Assembly: GCF_001194135.2 (NCBI RefSeq)
Contig: NC_068989.1
Coordinates: 44,171,140-44,225,301, forward strand
Origin: Octopus bimaculoides
Taxonomy: Eukaryota
Reading direction: 5' to 3'
DNA: 54,162 nt
This document shows, in pieces, positions 11,432 through 23,089 of this stretch; the first letter of the stretch is position 1, and the number at the start of each line of letters is the position of its first letter. A program made the position numbers and the translations under genes. The notes below the pieces were generated by a model that was not told where the DNA came from, did not search any database, and was given only the letters and a program-made list of their open reading frames with translations.

Positions 11432-12880
11432 TCAGGTCTTCAATTGATGGAATCTCTTCCATTAAGAGCATATCATCAGACAAGTGAGAAGAAATAAATG
11501 ACTCGTGATTACTGAAATCATTTAAAACAGCAGAAACTGGAGTTCTTGCATCAAGTTCTTCAGTTAAACATCCACTGCAATAATCTTTACTGTCAGTATG
11601 TGCTTCATCTGTACAGATATGTGAGCCTTCCCTACTGGCAGAAAATGCTCCCAGACTTTCAGTAAATTCTACTACACTGCCATAGAGTTCTTCCTTACTA
11701 CTACATAATACTTCTCCATCGCTTTCTGGTTTTTCCGTACTTCCATACAATTCTTCCCTACTGCTATCTTTTCTTTTCCTACTGCCACGTAATCCTTCTC
11801 TACTTATACGTAATCTTTTTCTACTGACATCTGATCCTTTTCTGCTGCCATCTGATCCTTTTCTACTGACATCTGATCCCTTTCTACTGCCATCTGATCC
11901 CTTTTTACTGCCATCTGATCCTTTTCTACTGACATCTGATCCTTTTCTACTGCCATCTGATCCCTTTCTACTGCCATCTGATCCCTTTCTACTGCCATCT
12001 GATCCCTTTCTACTGCCATCTGATCCTTTTCTACTGCCATCTGATCCCTTTCTACTGCCATCTGATCCTTTTCTACTCCTAGGTGATCCTTTTCTACTGC
12101 CATCTGATCTTTCCCTGCTTCTCCGTAAGCATTCTTTTATATCTTCTTGAAGATCTTTATCACAGCAATGAGATGCTTTTCTAGTGCTAAGTAACAGTTC
12201 TCTATCACCATATGAGTCTTCCACATTGTACTGAAATTCTTCCTGAATACTGCTTAATTCTTCCTTACTGTTAGGTAATCTTTCCTTACTGTTAGGTAAT
12301 CTTTCTTTACTGTTAGGTAATCTTTCCTTACTGTTAGGTAATCTTTCTTTACTGTTAGGTAATCTTTCCTTACTGTTAGATAATCTTTCCTTACTACCAA
12401 ATGATCCTTCACTACTGCCAAATAATTCTTCGTTACTACTATGTACTTCTTCCCTCCTATCAGGTACCCTCCTTTCAGTTAAATCTTCCAGGCTACCAAT
12501 TGTTTTTTCTGTATGCCCAGTCTTTCCTTCTATACTACTAACTGATTCTTCTACATTGCTAAATGCTTCTCCAACATATTTTTGTTCTTTGCTGCTTTGT
12601 GATTTATCGTCACTGATATATAACACTTCTCTACTGCCAGGTAATGCTACTTTACTGGCAAGTGATTCATTTTCACTCAAAGATAATTCTTCCTCAGTGT
12701 CATGTAACACTTCAAGTGGCTGATTTTCTCTGTCATGGATTTCTTTGTTGAGATCTTGGCATTTTAGGTTTTCATCTTCAAGTGTTCTTTCTGCTTGATC
12801 TGAAGGTTTCTGGTATTCCACATCTTCAACGGCTGCTTTTGGCTTTTCCAAAGTCTTCTCTTTCTGGTTCTCATCAAGAA
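11432..12880 (-). CDS. XRRA1: XRRA1-like exon 8, giant low-complexity exon (483 codons) with 7-aa repeats
   Basis: Acceptor tttatttctaaatttag at 12881, donor GTAAGT at 11431; 1449 nt with no stop; phase 1-1, matching exons 7 and 9. Confidence 0.85.
11818..12111 (-). repeat. Coding 21-bp minisatellite, about 14 units, (SRKGSDG/V)n
   Basis: atctgatcc recurs every 21 bp from 11829 to 12060 (12 units), plus two diverged units at 12081 and 12102. Confidence 0.97.
12262..12396 (-). repeat. Coding 21-bp minisatellite, 6 units, (SKERLPN)n
   Basis: ttaggtaatctttc recurs every 21 bp from 12271 to 12355, plus an LSN variant at 12376. Confidence 0.97.
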
Positions 12881-13290
12881 CTAAATTTAGAAATAAATGG
12901 ATTTATTTGAAGCAGGTTACACCAAGTTTTGTAGCTAATAGTAGAGGAAATGGACAAGGTCAACAGTAATGATTTCAATATATTCTTTGTACATAAACTG
13001 ACTCTAGAGAGGGATGAAAAACAGGGTCAAATAAGAATTACGAGAACAAATTTAAAACATGAAACAACATCATAACCTTCTTTTAGGTTTTTAGCTTTAT
13101 CATGTATCAATATCTCAAAGAGCTCAGTGAATTAGAATATTATTACCCTTAATTTGGTAATAGGAAATGGCATTAGTAGGCATCCACCTGTAGAAACAAT
13201 GTCAAATTTGACACTGAAACTCTGCATCTCACAAGATCCTGTGAAACCATTCGACCAATGATAGCATGGAAAAAGGACATGAAATGATGG

Positions 13291-13324
<34 letters not shown>

Positions 13325-13850
13325 AATAGATACAATGACTTCAACCGTTCATCAATGTTTTCATGCATGTAATCCAAGAATAAGATATAATGATCAGAGA
13401 TAAAGTTAATTATAATGTAATCACCACTGTCATCATCATCACCATCATCATCACCATCATCACCATCATCATCATTTCTTTGATGTCCACTTTTTCATGC
13501 TTACATGAGTCACATGGAGATCATTGAGGCAGTCTTTCAATGACTGGATGAAAATTTCTATCACCAAACAAGGTAATGTTTCNNNNNNNNNNATTTCTAT
13601 CACCAAACAAGGTAATGTTTCCTTGTGACCTGACATGTTTTCATGGAAGATTGGAAACAAATAACAAAATGTCTAAACAAAGAAGTGCAAGCAAACACAC
13701 ACAGACACATACACACACATATATGCAAAAATGCATACATATTCATACATATATACACACATATATTTTTACATTATTTCATTTATATATATATATATAC
13801 ACAAATAAAAACATACATACATACATACATACATACATACATACACATAT

Positions 13851-14217
13851 ATAAAAATCCAAATTGTGAAAATGGAGCAGGTAAAATCCAGGTTATATAC
13901 GTTTCCTAGCTAGCAGAAGTTTGGAATTAATCCTCAATGAGAAGTACTCCACTAGCTAGTCATCAGGCCAAAGATACCTCAGTTAAATGAAGGTTACATT
14001 GTCATCAATGGATCCCAAGTTAAATTACATCTCCGGCAACTGAACTTGGGGTCCCTTAATGACAATGTAATATTCATTTAACTAAGCTGTCTTTGGCCTG
14101 ATGAGTAGCTAGTGGAGTACCCTTCATTGAGTAATTATTACTTCCAAGTTTCTGCTAGCTAGGAAACATATTTAGCTTGGATTTTACCAGTTCCATTCTC
14201 TCAATTTGGATTTTTAT
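13851..14217. mobile_element. Foldback MITE, imperfect arms of about 170 bp, loop about 18 bp
   Basis: ataaaaatccaaattg...gtttcctagctagcagaa...gtactccactagcta...catcaggccaaaga...cccaagtt is mirrored to ggatttttat at 14217. Confidence 0.9.
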
Positions 14218-14432
14218 TCACATTCATAGCAATCCTAGTTGCTAACTGTGAACTATAAAACTTTTTTCAGCTTATCAAACTTCAGTAAGGGAAAAACCTA
14301 TAACATTTTATGCCAATAAACTGTTGTTGTTCTTGAAAGTTGTTTTTATACCTTACTAACTCCTTACACCTAGAACCTTGGATCTTACAATTGTATAACA
14401 TACATACGTACGTACGTACGTATGTACGTATG

Positions 14433-14464
<32 letters not shown>

Positions 14465-14646
14465 GTCATAAATAACAGAAATAATTTGACAAAATTTTAT
14501 TTAACACTAAGAAAATTCTAATATCATGGCAAATTGTTTTGTAACTTAAAAACATGTAAATAATTTATATTGTTATATTTAATTTTTTGCATTTCGCATT
14601 AATGCAGACATATAAGTAATTTATTTATTATTAAACATAATAATAA

Positions 14647-14869
14647 TACTCTTTTTACTCTTTTACTTGTTTCATTCATTTGACTGCGGCCATGATGGAG
14701 CACCACCTTTAGTCGAGCAAATCGACCCCAGGACTTATTCTTTGTAAGCCTAGTACTTATTCTATCAGTCTCTTTTGCCGAACCGCTAAGTTACGGGGAC
14801 GTAAACACACCACCATCGGTTGTCAAGCGATGTTGGGGGGACAAACACAGACACACAAACACACATACA

Positions 14870-14915
<46 letters not shown>

Positions 14916-15086
14916 TACGATGGGCTTCTTTCAGTTTCCATCTACCAAATCTACCCACAAGGCTTGCTTTGGTCGGCCCAAGGCTATAGTAGAAGACACT
15001 TGCCCAAGGTGCCACGCAGTGGGACTGAACCCGGAACCATGTGGTTGGTAAGCAAGCTACTTACCACACAGCCACTCCTGCGCCTA
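14647..15086 (-). mobile_element. SINE family B, full-length, with internal (TA)n
   Basis: Minus strand: A box TGGCTGTGTGG, B box GGTTCAGTCCC, CORE-like CCTTGGGCAAGT, internal (TA)n, 3' body ending GAAACAAGTAAAAGAGTA. Confidence 0.9.
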
Positions 15087-15304
15087 CAAATTATTTATAT
15101 GTTTTTAAATTATGAAACAATTTATCGTGATATTAGAATTTTCTTATTGTAAAATAAAATTGCGTCAAACTATTTCTGTGTCATTTATGACTTTATACAC
15201 TCCTTATCATTTTCTCTTGTATCAGACTGTATATTCTGTTTTGTACAATGATACGTTGAACTATTTTTTGAGTACTACTGGATTACTTGAATCCATATAT
15301 TGTA

Positions 15305-15537
15305 AAGGCAACGAGCTGGCAGAAATGTTAGTGCACCGGGCGAAATGCTTAGCGGTATTTCGTCTACTGTTATGTTCAGAGTTCAAATTCCGCCAAGGTC
15401 GACTTTGCCTTTCATTCTTTCTGGGTCGATAAATAAAGTACCAGTTACACACTGGGGTCGATGTAATCGACTTAATCCCTTTGTCTGTCCTTGTTTGTCC
15501 CCTCTATGTTTAGCCCCTTGTGGGCAATAAAGAAATA
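15305..15537 (+). mobile_element. SINE family A (tRNA-like head GGCRRCGAGCTGGCAGAA)
   Basis: B box GAGTTCAAATTCC and body GGTCGACTTTGCCTTTCAT...GTCGATAAATAAAGTACCAG. Related copies at about 16097-16299(+), 18147-18349(-), 25723-25935(-), 27765-27972(-), 32625-32860(+), 37850-38010(+), 38820-39005(+). Confidence 0.88.
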
Positions 15538-16309
15538 TATATATATATGTATATATATATACATAGACACACACACTGCTATGCAGGTGTGCTCAGATCT
15601 CACATAGCAGTCTACTCACATAGCTCAGTCAACAGATTACCAGATTTCTAATCTGAGGGCCAAGGGTTCATATCCTTCCATGAGCACACATAATTATACT
15701 GAGAGAGCCATGTATCTCTACAGCAAGACATCTGTTCCTGCACCCAATCAACACTTGGCACAAAGCCACTTCCTTCAATTCTGCAACCCCTTTCCATCAA
15801 GGAAACTTGTCTTGTGTAAGTGAAGGGCTGACAGGGACATATTGGGTGAAGGGACACTTTTACGTGTTGCTGCACAGATGCCTTTAGGTGGCACCACACG
15901 GACGCTATTAGGTGGCACCAGATGGACATTTTGAGTAAAATAGAAATCAAAGGGATCCATAGGCAAAAAATGGTGAAGAAACACTGGTTTATATTATTAT
16001 ATATTATATATTATATTATTCAAATGTCAGGCCTCACTGAGGTGATGACAAGTGACCAAGACCTTTTGTAATATGCTAATATGCTGTACTTGAATGGCGG
16101 TGAGCTAGCAGAAACATTAGCACGCAGGGTGAAATGCTTAGTGGTATTTCATCTGTCTTTATGTTCTGAGTTCAAATTCATCCCTTCGGAGGTCGATAAA
16201 TTAAGTACCAGTCGCATACTGAGGGTAGGGGGTTGATCTAATCGATTGGCCATCCCCTCCCTAAAAATATTGGGCCTTGTGCCTAGAGTAGAAAAGAATA
16301 TGCTGTACT

Positions 16310-16604
16310 TGAGAAGATTCATCAAGCCAAGTGAAATCATAGTTGTGGCTATTGCCAGTGTCAACTAAATAGCACTCATGGAATCGTAATCATGGCCGTT
16401 GCTGGTGTTATGTAAATGCCAACAGCATGTAAAAAGCACCCATTACACTCTCAGAGTGGTTGGTGTTAGGAAGAGCATCCAGCCATAGAAACGATGCCAA
16501 ATCAGACTGGAACCTGGTGCAGCCCTCCGGCTTATCAGTTCCAGTCAAACTGTCTAAACCATGCTAGCATGGAAAGCAGACGTTAAATGACGATGATGAT
16601 GATG
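16310..16604 (+). mobile_element. RTE-family 3' tail fragment with (GAT)n
   Basis: gtaaaaagcacccattacactctcagagtggttggtgttaggaagagcatccagc...gcatggaaagcagacgttaaatgacgatgat. Confidence 0.85.
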
Positions 16605-16884
16605 GTGACAGTGGCAAGCTGGCAAAATCGTTACCAAGACCAATAAAATGAGTACCAGTTAAGTATTGGGGTCATTGTAATTGACTAGCCCCACCCTGCT
16701 TCACCAAAATTTCAGGTTTGGTGCCTATAGTAGAAAGAATTATTTAAGTTAGGGAGTAGGAAGAGTGTTTCCACTTTCATGATATGTTATTAGTGAATAA
16801 ACAAATGTGTCAAGAAGACTCAGTAACAAAAAAAATGTTACTGATAACGGTCATGGAGAGTTTAAGTGTCTTTCACATATTTAT

Positions 16885-17233
16885 AAAAAAGGGTAAAGAC
16901 CCCCTTCAGTCACGAATGACTATGGGATTGTACCAAGAAAATTTCCCTCCAGAGCAGAAGTCTGGGCAAAGTTGTTTATGGAAAACTAGCAGTCACCCGT
17001 GCATACCAGCCTCCGCTCTCCACACCACCAATGTTGACCAAGGGAAAGGCAAAGGGTGATACAGATTGGTGCCAGTGAAGTTACAACTCATTTGTACAGT
17101 TGAGTGAACTGGAGCAATGTGAAATAAAGTGTCTTGCTCAAGTACAGGACACACAGCCCAATCTGGGAATCGAACTCAGTACCTCGTGATTGTGAGCCTT
17201 GATGCTCTAACTACAGAGCCATGTGCCTTCACT
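16885..17233 (-). mobile_element. tRNA-headed SINE family E
   Basis: Minus strand: TGGCTCTGTAGTTAGAGC...GAGTTCGATTCCC head, then TTGAGCAAGACACTTTATTTCACATTGCTCCAG. A similar head lies at about 39905-40075(-), inside the mariner. Confidence 0.75.
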
Positions 17234-17348
17234 AGGTAATTATAACCAGATTGAAAAAAAGGTACTGAATGTCTAGTTGCCAGAATCTTGGTAGTGTGCT
17301 TATACAATATTAGATTTTACGCTTTAAAGTTAGCGTCATTTGCTACAC

Positions 17349-17399
17349 GGTACCCTCGTAAACATGCATACACCCCGTATGCATGTTTACGAGAGTACC
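17349..17399. repeat. 23-bp stem hairpin (1 mismatch, 5-nt loop)
   Basis: ggtaccctcgtaaacatgcatac ACCCC gtatgcatgtttacgagagtacc. Confidence 0.95.
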
Positions 17400-17655
17400 C
17401 CTTCAAACTACCACAAGAATTCGAGCCATTCAATCAACAGAATTACCTACTTTTTGAATTGCAGACACTGAGTATCTCACAGGCATTTGCACACTTAACT
17501 GAAGCTTCAGGTAGAATTAGCTGCGATCTTGGATCACAATGGAATTCTACAGAATCTAGCATCTACTAATTTTACTTTACACTTGAAGCTTTCAGCAACA
17601 GAAATGTGTTTAGGTCAAAATTGTAGTGTAAGAAAAAAGAAAAGTAGTTGTTAAC

Positions 17656-17807
17656 CTCTGAAATAACCGGTTTCCTTTCTTTCCAGTTCTGGTGGCTGAA
17701 TATCCTGCATAAAACTGTCCACTGGAGGAAATATGTTTTCTGTACTCTCCTTCTCCAAACGAGGAATGTGGTAGATGGAGTTTCCTTCAAGGTCTAAATA
17801 TATCAAG
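17656..17807 (-). CDS. XRRA1: XRRA1-like exon 7 (LIYLDLEGNSIYHIPRLEKES...ETGYFR)
   Basis: Acceptor gttctgtttgcag; donor G|GTTAAC at 17655; 152 nt, phase 2 to 1. An in-phase alternative donor GTTATT 12 nt upstream makes the 3' edge slightly uncertain. Confidence 0.85.
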
Positions 17808-18402
17808 CTGCAAACAGAACATTTGTAAGCATTTATATCATCATCATCATCATCACCATCATCACCATCATCCCCATCATCACTACCACCACCATCACCG
17901 CCATCATGATCATCATAATTCCCACCAACACACTATCACACCAATCATCATCATCATCATCAATTTAATGTTCACTTATCTATACTTGCATGGTTTAGAC
18001 AAAATTTGTTAAGACAAATTGTTTGGGGGTGGATGCCCTCTCTGACACCAACCTTCAACCACTCCCCCTAGTCTTAACACATTTTCTTGGAAAACTGCAC
18101 AAGAAAAAATAAAAAGAGACAACTTGTATGACAGTAATCCTTTTAACTATAAGCACAAGGCCTGAAACTTTTGGGGTAGGGGATAAGTTGATTACATCCC
18201 CCACCCCAGTTCTTGGTGCTTATTTAATTAATCCCAAAAGGATGAAAGGCTAAATTGACTTTGGCAGAATTTGAACCCAAGACATAAAGACAAAAGAAAT
18301 GCTGCTATGCATTTTGTCTGGTGCAATAATAATTCTGCCAGCTTGCTGCACTTGTATAACAGCAATGCTTGCTTAAAATTTCTGCATGATATCACAACAA
18401 CG

Positions 18403-18437
<35 letters not shown>

Positions 18438-18741
18438 GGCCTTCCTTTCAGCTTGTTTACCAGATTCACTCAAAAGGCTGTGGTCAGCCTTAGATAAGGA
18501 AATACATACTTACATGTTTCATAGCAATTGCAAAATCACATTTGCCAAAAATTGTGGACATAAACCAGGTATATTTTGATCCCCCACCCCACCCCCGCCA
18601 TCCCGAGTGCTCAACTAGTACAAGTCGACCACAGCAGAGTTTGAACTCTGAATGTAAAGATGCACGATATGCCACTAGGCATTTTTGCCCAGCATGCTAA
18701 TGATTTTGCTAGTTCACCACTTTAAAAATGATAAACATTAT

Positions 18742-18799
18742 ACATTTCTGTCCAAAATTGGTGTTAATAATTATTAACACCAATTTTGGACAGAAATGT
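18742..18799. repeat. Perfect 58-bp spacerless palindrome
   Basis: acatttctgtccaaaattggtgttaataa|ttattaacaccaattttggacagaaatgt. Confidence 0.97.
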
Positions 18800-19460
18800 T
18801 CATCAGGACAAAACCATTCACAGAGAATATTTTTCTTGTGTTCTCAGCAATCATCAAAGGGTAATTGGTGTTACCTTTATAACAGCATATTTATTAGCCT
18901 AATTCACGTGGTATGTTTGTTAAAAATAGATATGCACTATATAGTATCCTCATGAGTCAAGTTTGATCATATTTCAGCATGGTCTGAGAAAGATTGGGAA
19001 GTTTACTTCCCAACCACGAGGTTTCAGGTTCAGTCACACTGCATGGCACTTCAAACAAATGTCTTCTGCTATTGCTCCAGATCAAATCTAATTGGCAGGA
19101 TGACAACTGGGTCCAGCCTGTGATACACTGGGACACCTGCCAAGCCAGACCTGTTTCTCCGACGTTCCCAAGCTTTTTTTGCTATTTACTGAATCTGTTT
19201 GAGACATCTTAGAGTAAGTTACAAGTGCATTTTTAAGTTTCTGCCAACCAACCAATTCAATGATTTTACTAAAATTTTGTGTACAGGAAATATCTGTACA
19301 GATGAATAATTTTCAGTGGGTGTAGCTTGAACTGTACTACTCCCACCAATTGGCCCAAGAAGACTTTCGCTCGTGTGACATGAAAATTGACAAAACCAGG
19401 AACTTTCAAGGCCTCAGGTTTTATTTTGGAGATTTCCTTCTAGGTAGATTACCAGCCGGT

Positions 19461-19849
19461 GAAGGTGCAATGGCCCAGTGGTTAGGGCAGCGGTCTCGTG
19501 ATCATAGGATCGTGGTTTCGATTCCCAGACCGGGCGTTGTGAGTGTTTATTGAGCAAAAACACCTAAAGCACCACGAGGCTCCGGCAGGGGATGATGGCG
19601 AATCCTGCTGTACTCTTCCACCACAACTTTCTCTCACTTTTACTTCCTGTTTCTGTTGTGCCTGTAATTCAAAGAGTCAGCCTTGTCACTCTGTGTCACG
19701 CTGAATATCCCCGAGAACTACATAAAGGGTACACGTGTCTGTGGAGTGCTCAGTCATTTGCACGTTAATTTCACGAACAGGTTGTTCCGTTGATCGGATC
19801 AACTGGAACCCTCGACGTCGTAAGCGACGGAGTGCCAACAACAACAACA
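19461..19849 (+). mobile_element. tRNA-headed SINE family D, full-length
   Basis: A box TGGCCCAGTGG, B box GGTTTCGATTCCC, 3' end ...GACGTCGTAAGCGACGGAGTGCC(AAC)n. Confidence 0.9.
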
Positions 19850-20497
19850 GATTACCAACCAAGGTTAAAGAGCTTCTACCTGCCCATGAGGTAAGCTATC
19901 CCATCTCGGACACCAAACCAACACTCAAACACTCTATAAAGGGATCAGATATCACTCCAGTGACTGACGCGGAGTAGCTCATTCATACATAAAAAAAAAA
20001 GTACGATATGTGATTTGCAAATGTAAATAAGAATTATATATAAATATAAAAAAGTAAAAGATATGCAATAAATATAAATATGTATATAAACATATATATA
20101 CATATAAAAAAATTAAAAAAGTATGATGTGTGAATAAGAATTAGATATAAATAATATATATAAATATAAAGAACAGTAAAAGATATGCAATTGAAAGATA
20201 TAAAATAATATAAGTAAAAATAATAAAAGTAAAAAGACACAAGTAAAAATATACATATACGTACATATAAGAAAAAAAAGACATACATATTTACAGATAT
20301 TTTGTTAGATGGCCGTTGACTGTTCAGGAGTTCCTTTGCCCTTTGACGGGTCTTATTTTTCATCCCGCAGAGTGTCCAACAACACCCACCTCACCAACCA
20401 AGCTTGATGGGGTCACCAGTTTAGTCGCTGACGACCCGACAATGTGACAGGTTGTACTGGATTACATGTTACCAGTAGCACTCAAGAACAACCTGGC

Positions 20498-20536
<39 letters not shown>

Positions 20537-20846
20537 NNNNNNNNNNNNNNNNNNNNNNNNNNNNNNNNNNNNNNNNNNNNNNNNNNNNNNNNNNNNNNNN
20601 NNNNNNNNNNNNNNNNNNNNNNNNNNNNNNNNNNNNNNNNNNNNNNNNNNNNNNNNNNNNNNNNNNNNNNNNNNNNNNNNNNNNNNNNNNNNNNNNNNNN
20701 NNNNNNNNNNNNNNNNNNNNNNNNNNNNNNNNNNNNNNNNNNNNNNNNNNNNNNNNNNNNNNNNNNNNNNNNNNNNNNNNNNNNNNNNNNNNNNNNNNNN
20801 NNNNNNNNNNNNNNNNNNNNNNNNNNNNNNNNNNNNNNNNNNNNNN

Positions 20847-20877
<31 letters not shown>

Positions 20878-21094
20878 GCTATGCTATATTCCATTAGGAA
20901 CGTGGTAAAGTACAGTATAAAGCTCGTTCACCTTCAAAATTACCCAGTACTATCGGTAGTATTATTAGAAACTTCCAAGTCTAAGGTTAGGCATTCATCA
21001 TGTGTGAATATAAAACTGAAGAAACTGGAGTCAAGAAGATGGAGTACAGTTGGACATTTATCTATTATTTGCTACAATTGTTTCGGCACAACAT

Positions 21095-22794
21095 AGTTCT
21101 CCAAGAACTGATGATATATTCCTGGTATGGCAACTGCAGGAGAAATACCTAGCCAAAGATAAACCCCTGTAATTGGTTTTTGTTGACTTGGAGAAAGCCT
21201 TTGACAGGGTCCCCTGCTCCCTTATCTGGTGGACGATGTAGAAAGTGGGGATTGACGAGTGGTGAATAAGAGCTGTACAGGCCTTGTACAGGGATGTTGT
21301 TAGTAAGTTAAAGGGCAGCAATGAGTATAGCACAGAATTTCGGGTAGAAGTAGGGGTTCACCAAGGATCAGCCCTCAGCCCCTTCTTATTCATCATAGCC
21401 CGCCAGGCAATAACAGAGGAATTCAAGACAGGCTGCCTCTGGGAGCTCCTCTATGCTGATGACCTTGCTCTCATAGCGGAATCACTACCAGAAGTAGAGA
21501 AGAAATTTCAGGTGTGGAAGCAAGGTTTAGAATCGAAGGGCTTCAGAATCAATGTTGCAAAAACCAAAGTCCTAATAAGTAGGAAGGCAAACACATCACA
21601 AACCTCTTCAGGAAGGCAAACACATCACAAACCTGCTTGATCTGTAGAAAAGGTGTATGTAGTAACTCTATAAGATGCACCCAGTGTAAGCTATGGACAC
21701 ATAAGAGGTGCAGCAACATCAAAGGGAGGTTAACTGGGAAGATAGCTTCTGTGTGCAGCAGATGCACAGGGGTTATAAACACCACAGATACTCAGAAAAC
21801 TGATTCCATCACATGCCAGGGGAAGAAACTAGAAGTAGTTGGTAGCTTCCATTACCTAGGTGATCAAGTCTGTAGTGGGGGTGGATGCTCAGAGAGTGTT
21901 GCCACTAGAATAAGAATAGCCTGAGCAAAGTTCAGAAAGCTTCTACCCTACTGGTGACAAAGGTCTCTTGCTCAGAGTGAAAGGTAGATTGTATGATGCA
22001 TGTGTGCAAACTGCCATGCTTCACAGCAGTGGAACATGGGCCATGACTGCTGAAGACATGCATAGGCTTGAAAGAAATGAAGCTAGTATGATCAACTGTA
22101 TGTGTAATGTCAGTGTGCACACACAACAGAATGTAAGCACCCTGAGTGAAATGTTGGAAATAAGAAGCATCGGGTGTGCAAGAGAGACGACTGCACTGGT
22201 ATGGTCATGTGCTACATATGAATGAGGAGAGCTGTGTGAAGAAGTGTCAGTCCCTAACAGTGGAAGGAAACCGTGGAAGAGGGAGACCCAAGAAGACATG
22301 GGATGAGGTGGTGAAGCATGACCTTCAAACGTTGGGCTTCACAGAGGCAATGACGAAAGACTAAAACCTCTGGAGATATGCTGATTGAGAAGACCCAACA
22401 AGGAAAGTGTGATTACAGCCACAGCCTACACCAGTGTCACATAACCAGCCCATTTAAATGTACCTTTGAATCATCGGGTGACATTCCGTGCTTGAGGAGA
22501 CCTACTGAGTCAAGTAAATCAAAATCAAATCACAATCAAATGGAAATTGTAGTTGTGGCTGTTCTCATTCATGTGTGGGTCCCTGCCAGAGCTGCTTGAC
22601 TGGTTCCTCGTGCACGTAAAAAGCACCCACTACACTCTCGGAGTCATTGGGTGTTAGGTAGGTCATCCAGATGTAGAAACATTGCCAGATCAGACTGGAG
22701 CCTGGTGCCGTCTCCTGGCTCACCAGTCTCCAGTCAAACCATCCAACCCATGTCAGCATGGAAAACGGATGTTAAACGATGATGATGATGATGA
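21095..22794 (+). mobile_element. RTE-clade LINE, 5'-truncated: RT, PHD-type finger, C-terminus, 3' UTR and (GAT)n tail
   Basis: QLQEKYL, FVDLEKAFDRVP, GVHQGSALSP, LLYADDL, INVAKTK, C4HC3 cluster, FHYLGD, RRLHWYGHV, RGRGRPKKTW; several stops and frameshifts. Confidence 0.93.
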
Positions 22795-23089
22795 ACTAAT
22801 TTATATTTTATTCATTTCACACACCATTTCAAATTCAGAACTGAATCTTACAAACGTAAATTTGTTAGTATTCAGTACCTTTCGTTCGTATGATTATCTA
22901 CTCATTACTCCCTCCCTGTATATCTAAGTAAACATTGCCCTCAATTCTCCTTTATTTGCTGGTCAAAGAAGCATGCATAAGTACATCTTGAAATATGTGT
23001 GTGTGTGTCCATGCGCACGTGCGTGTGTGCATGCGTGCATATGTGTGTGTGTGTATTATTATTTCCCTTTCTTTCAAACTTTTTTTTTT

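Noticed and set aside
11804-12103. (AVEKDQM)n ORF
   Set aside because: Alternative frame of the 21-bp repeat, open only because the unit lacks stops; no splice or start support.
13554-13622. 29-bp duplication around a 10-N gap
   Set aside because: Contig-overlap artefact.
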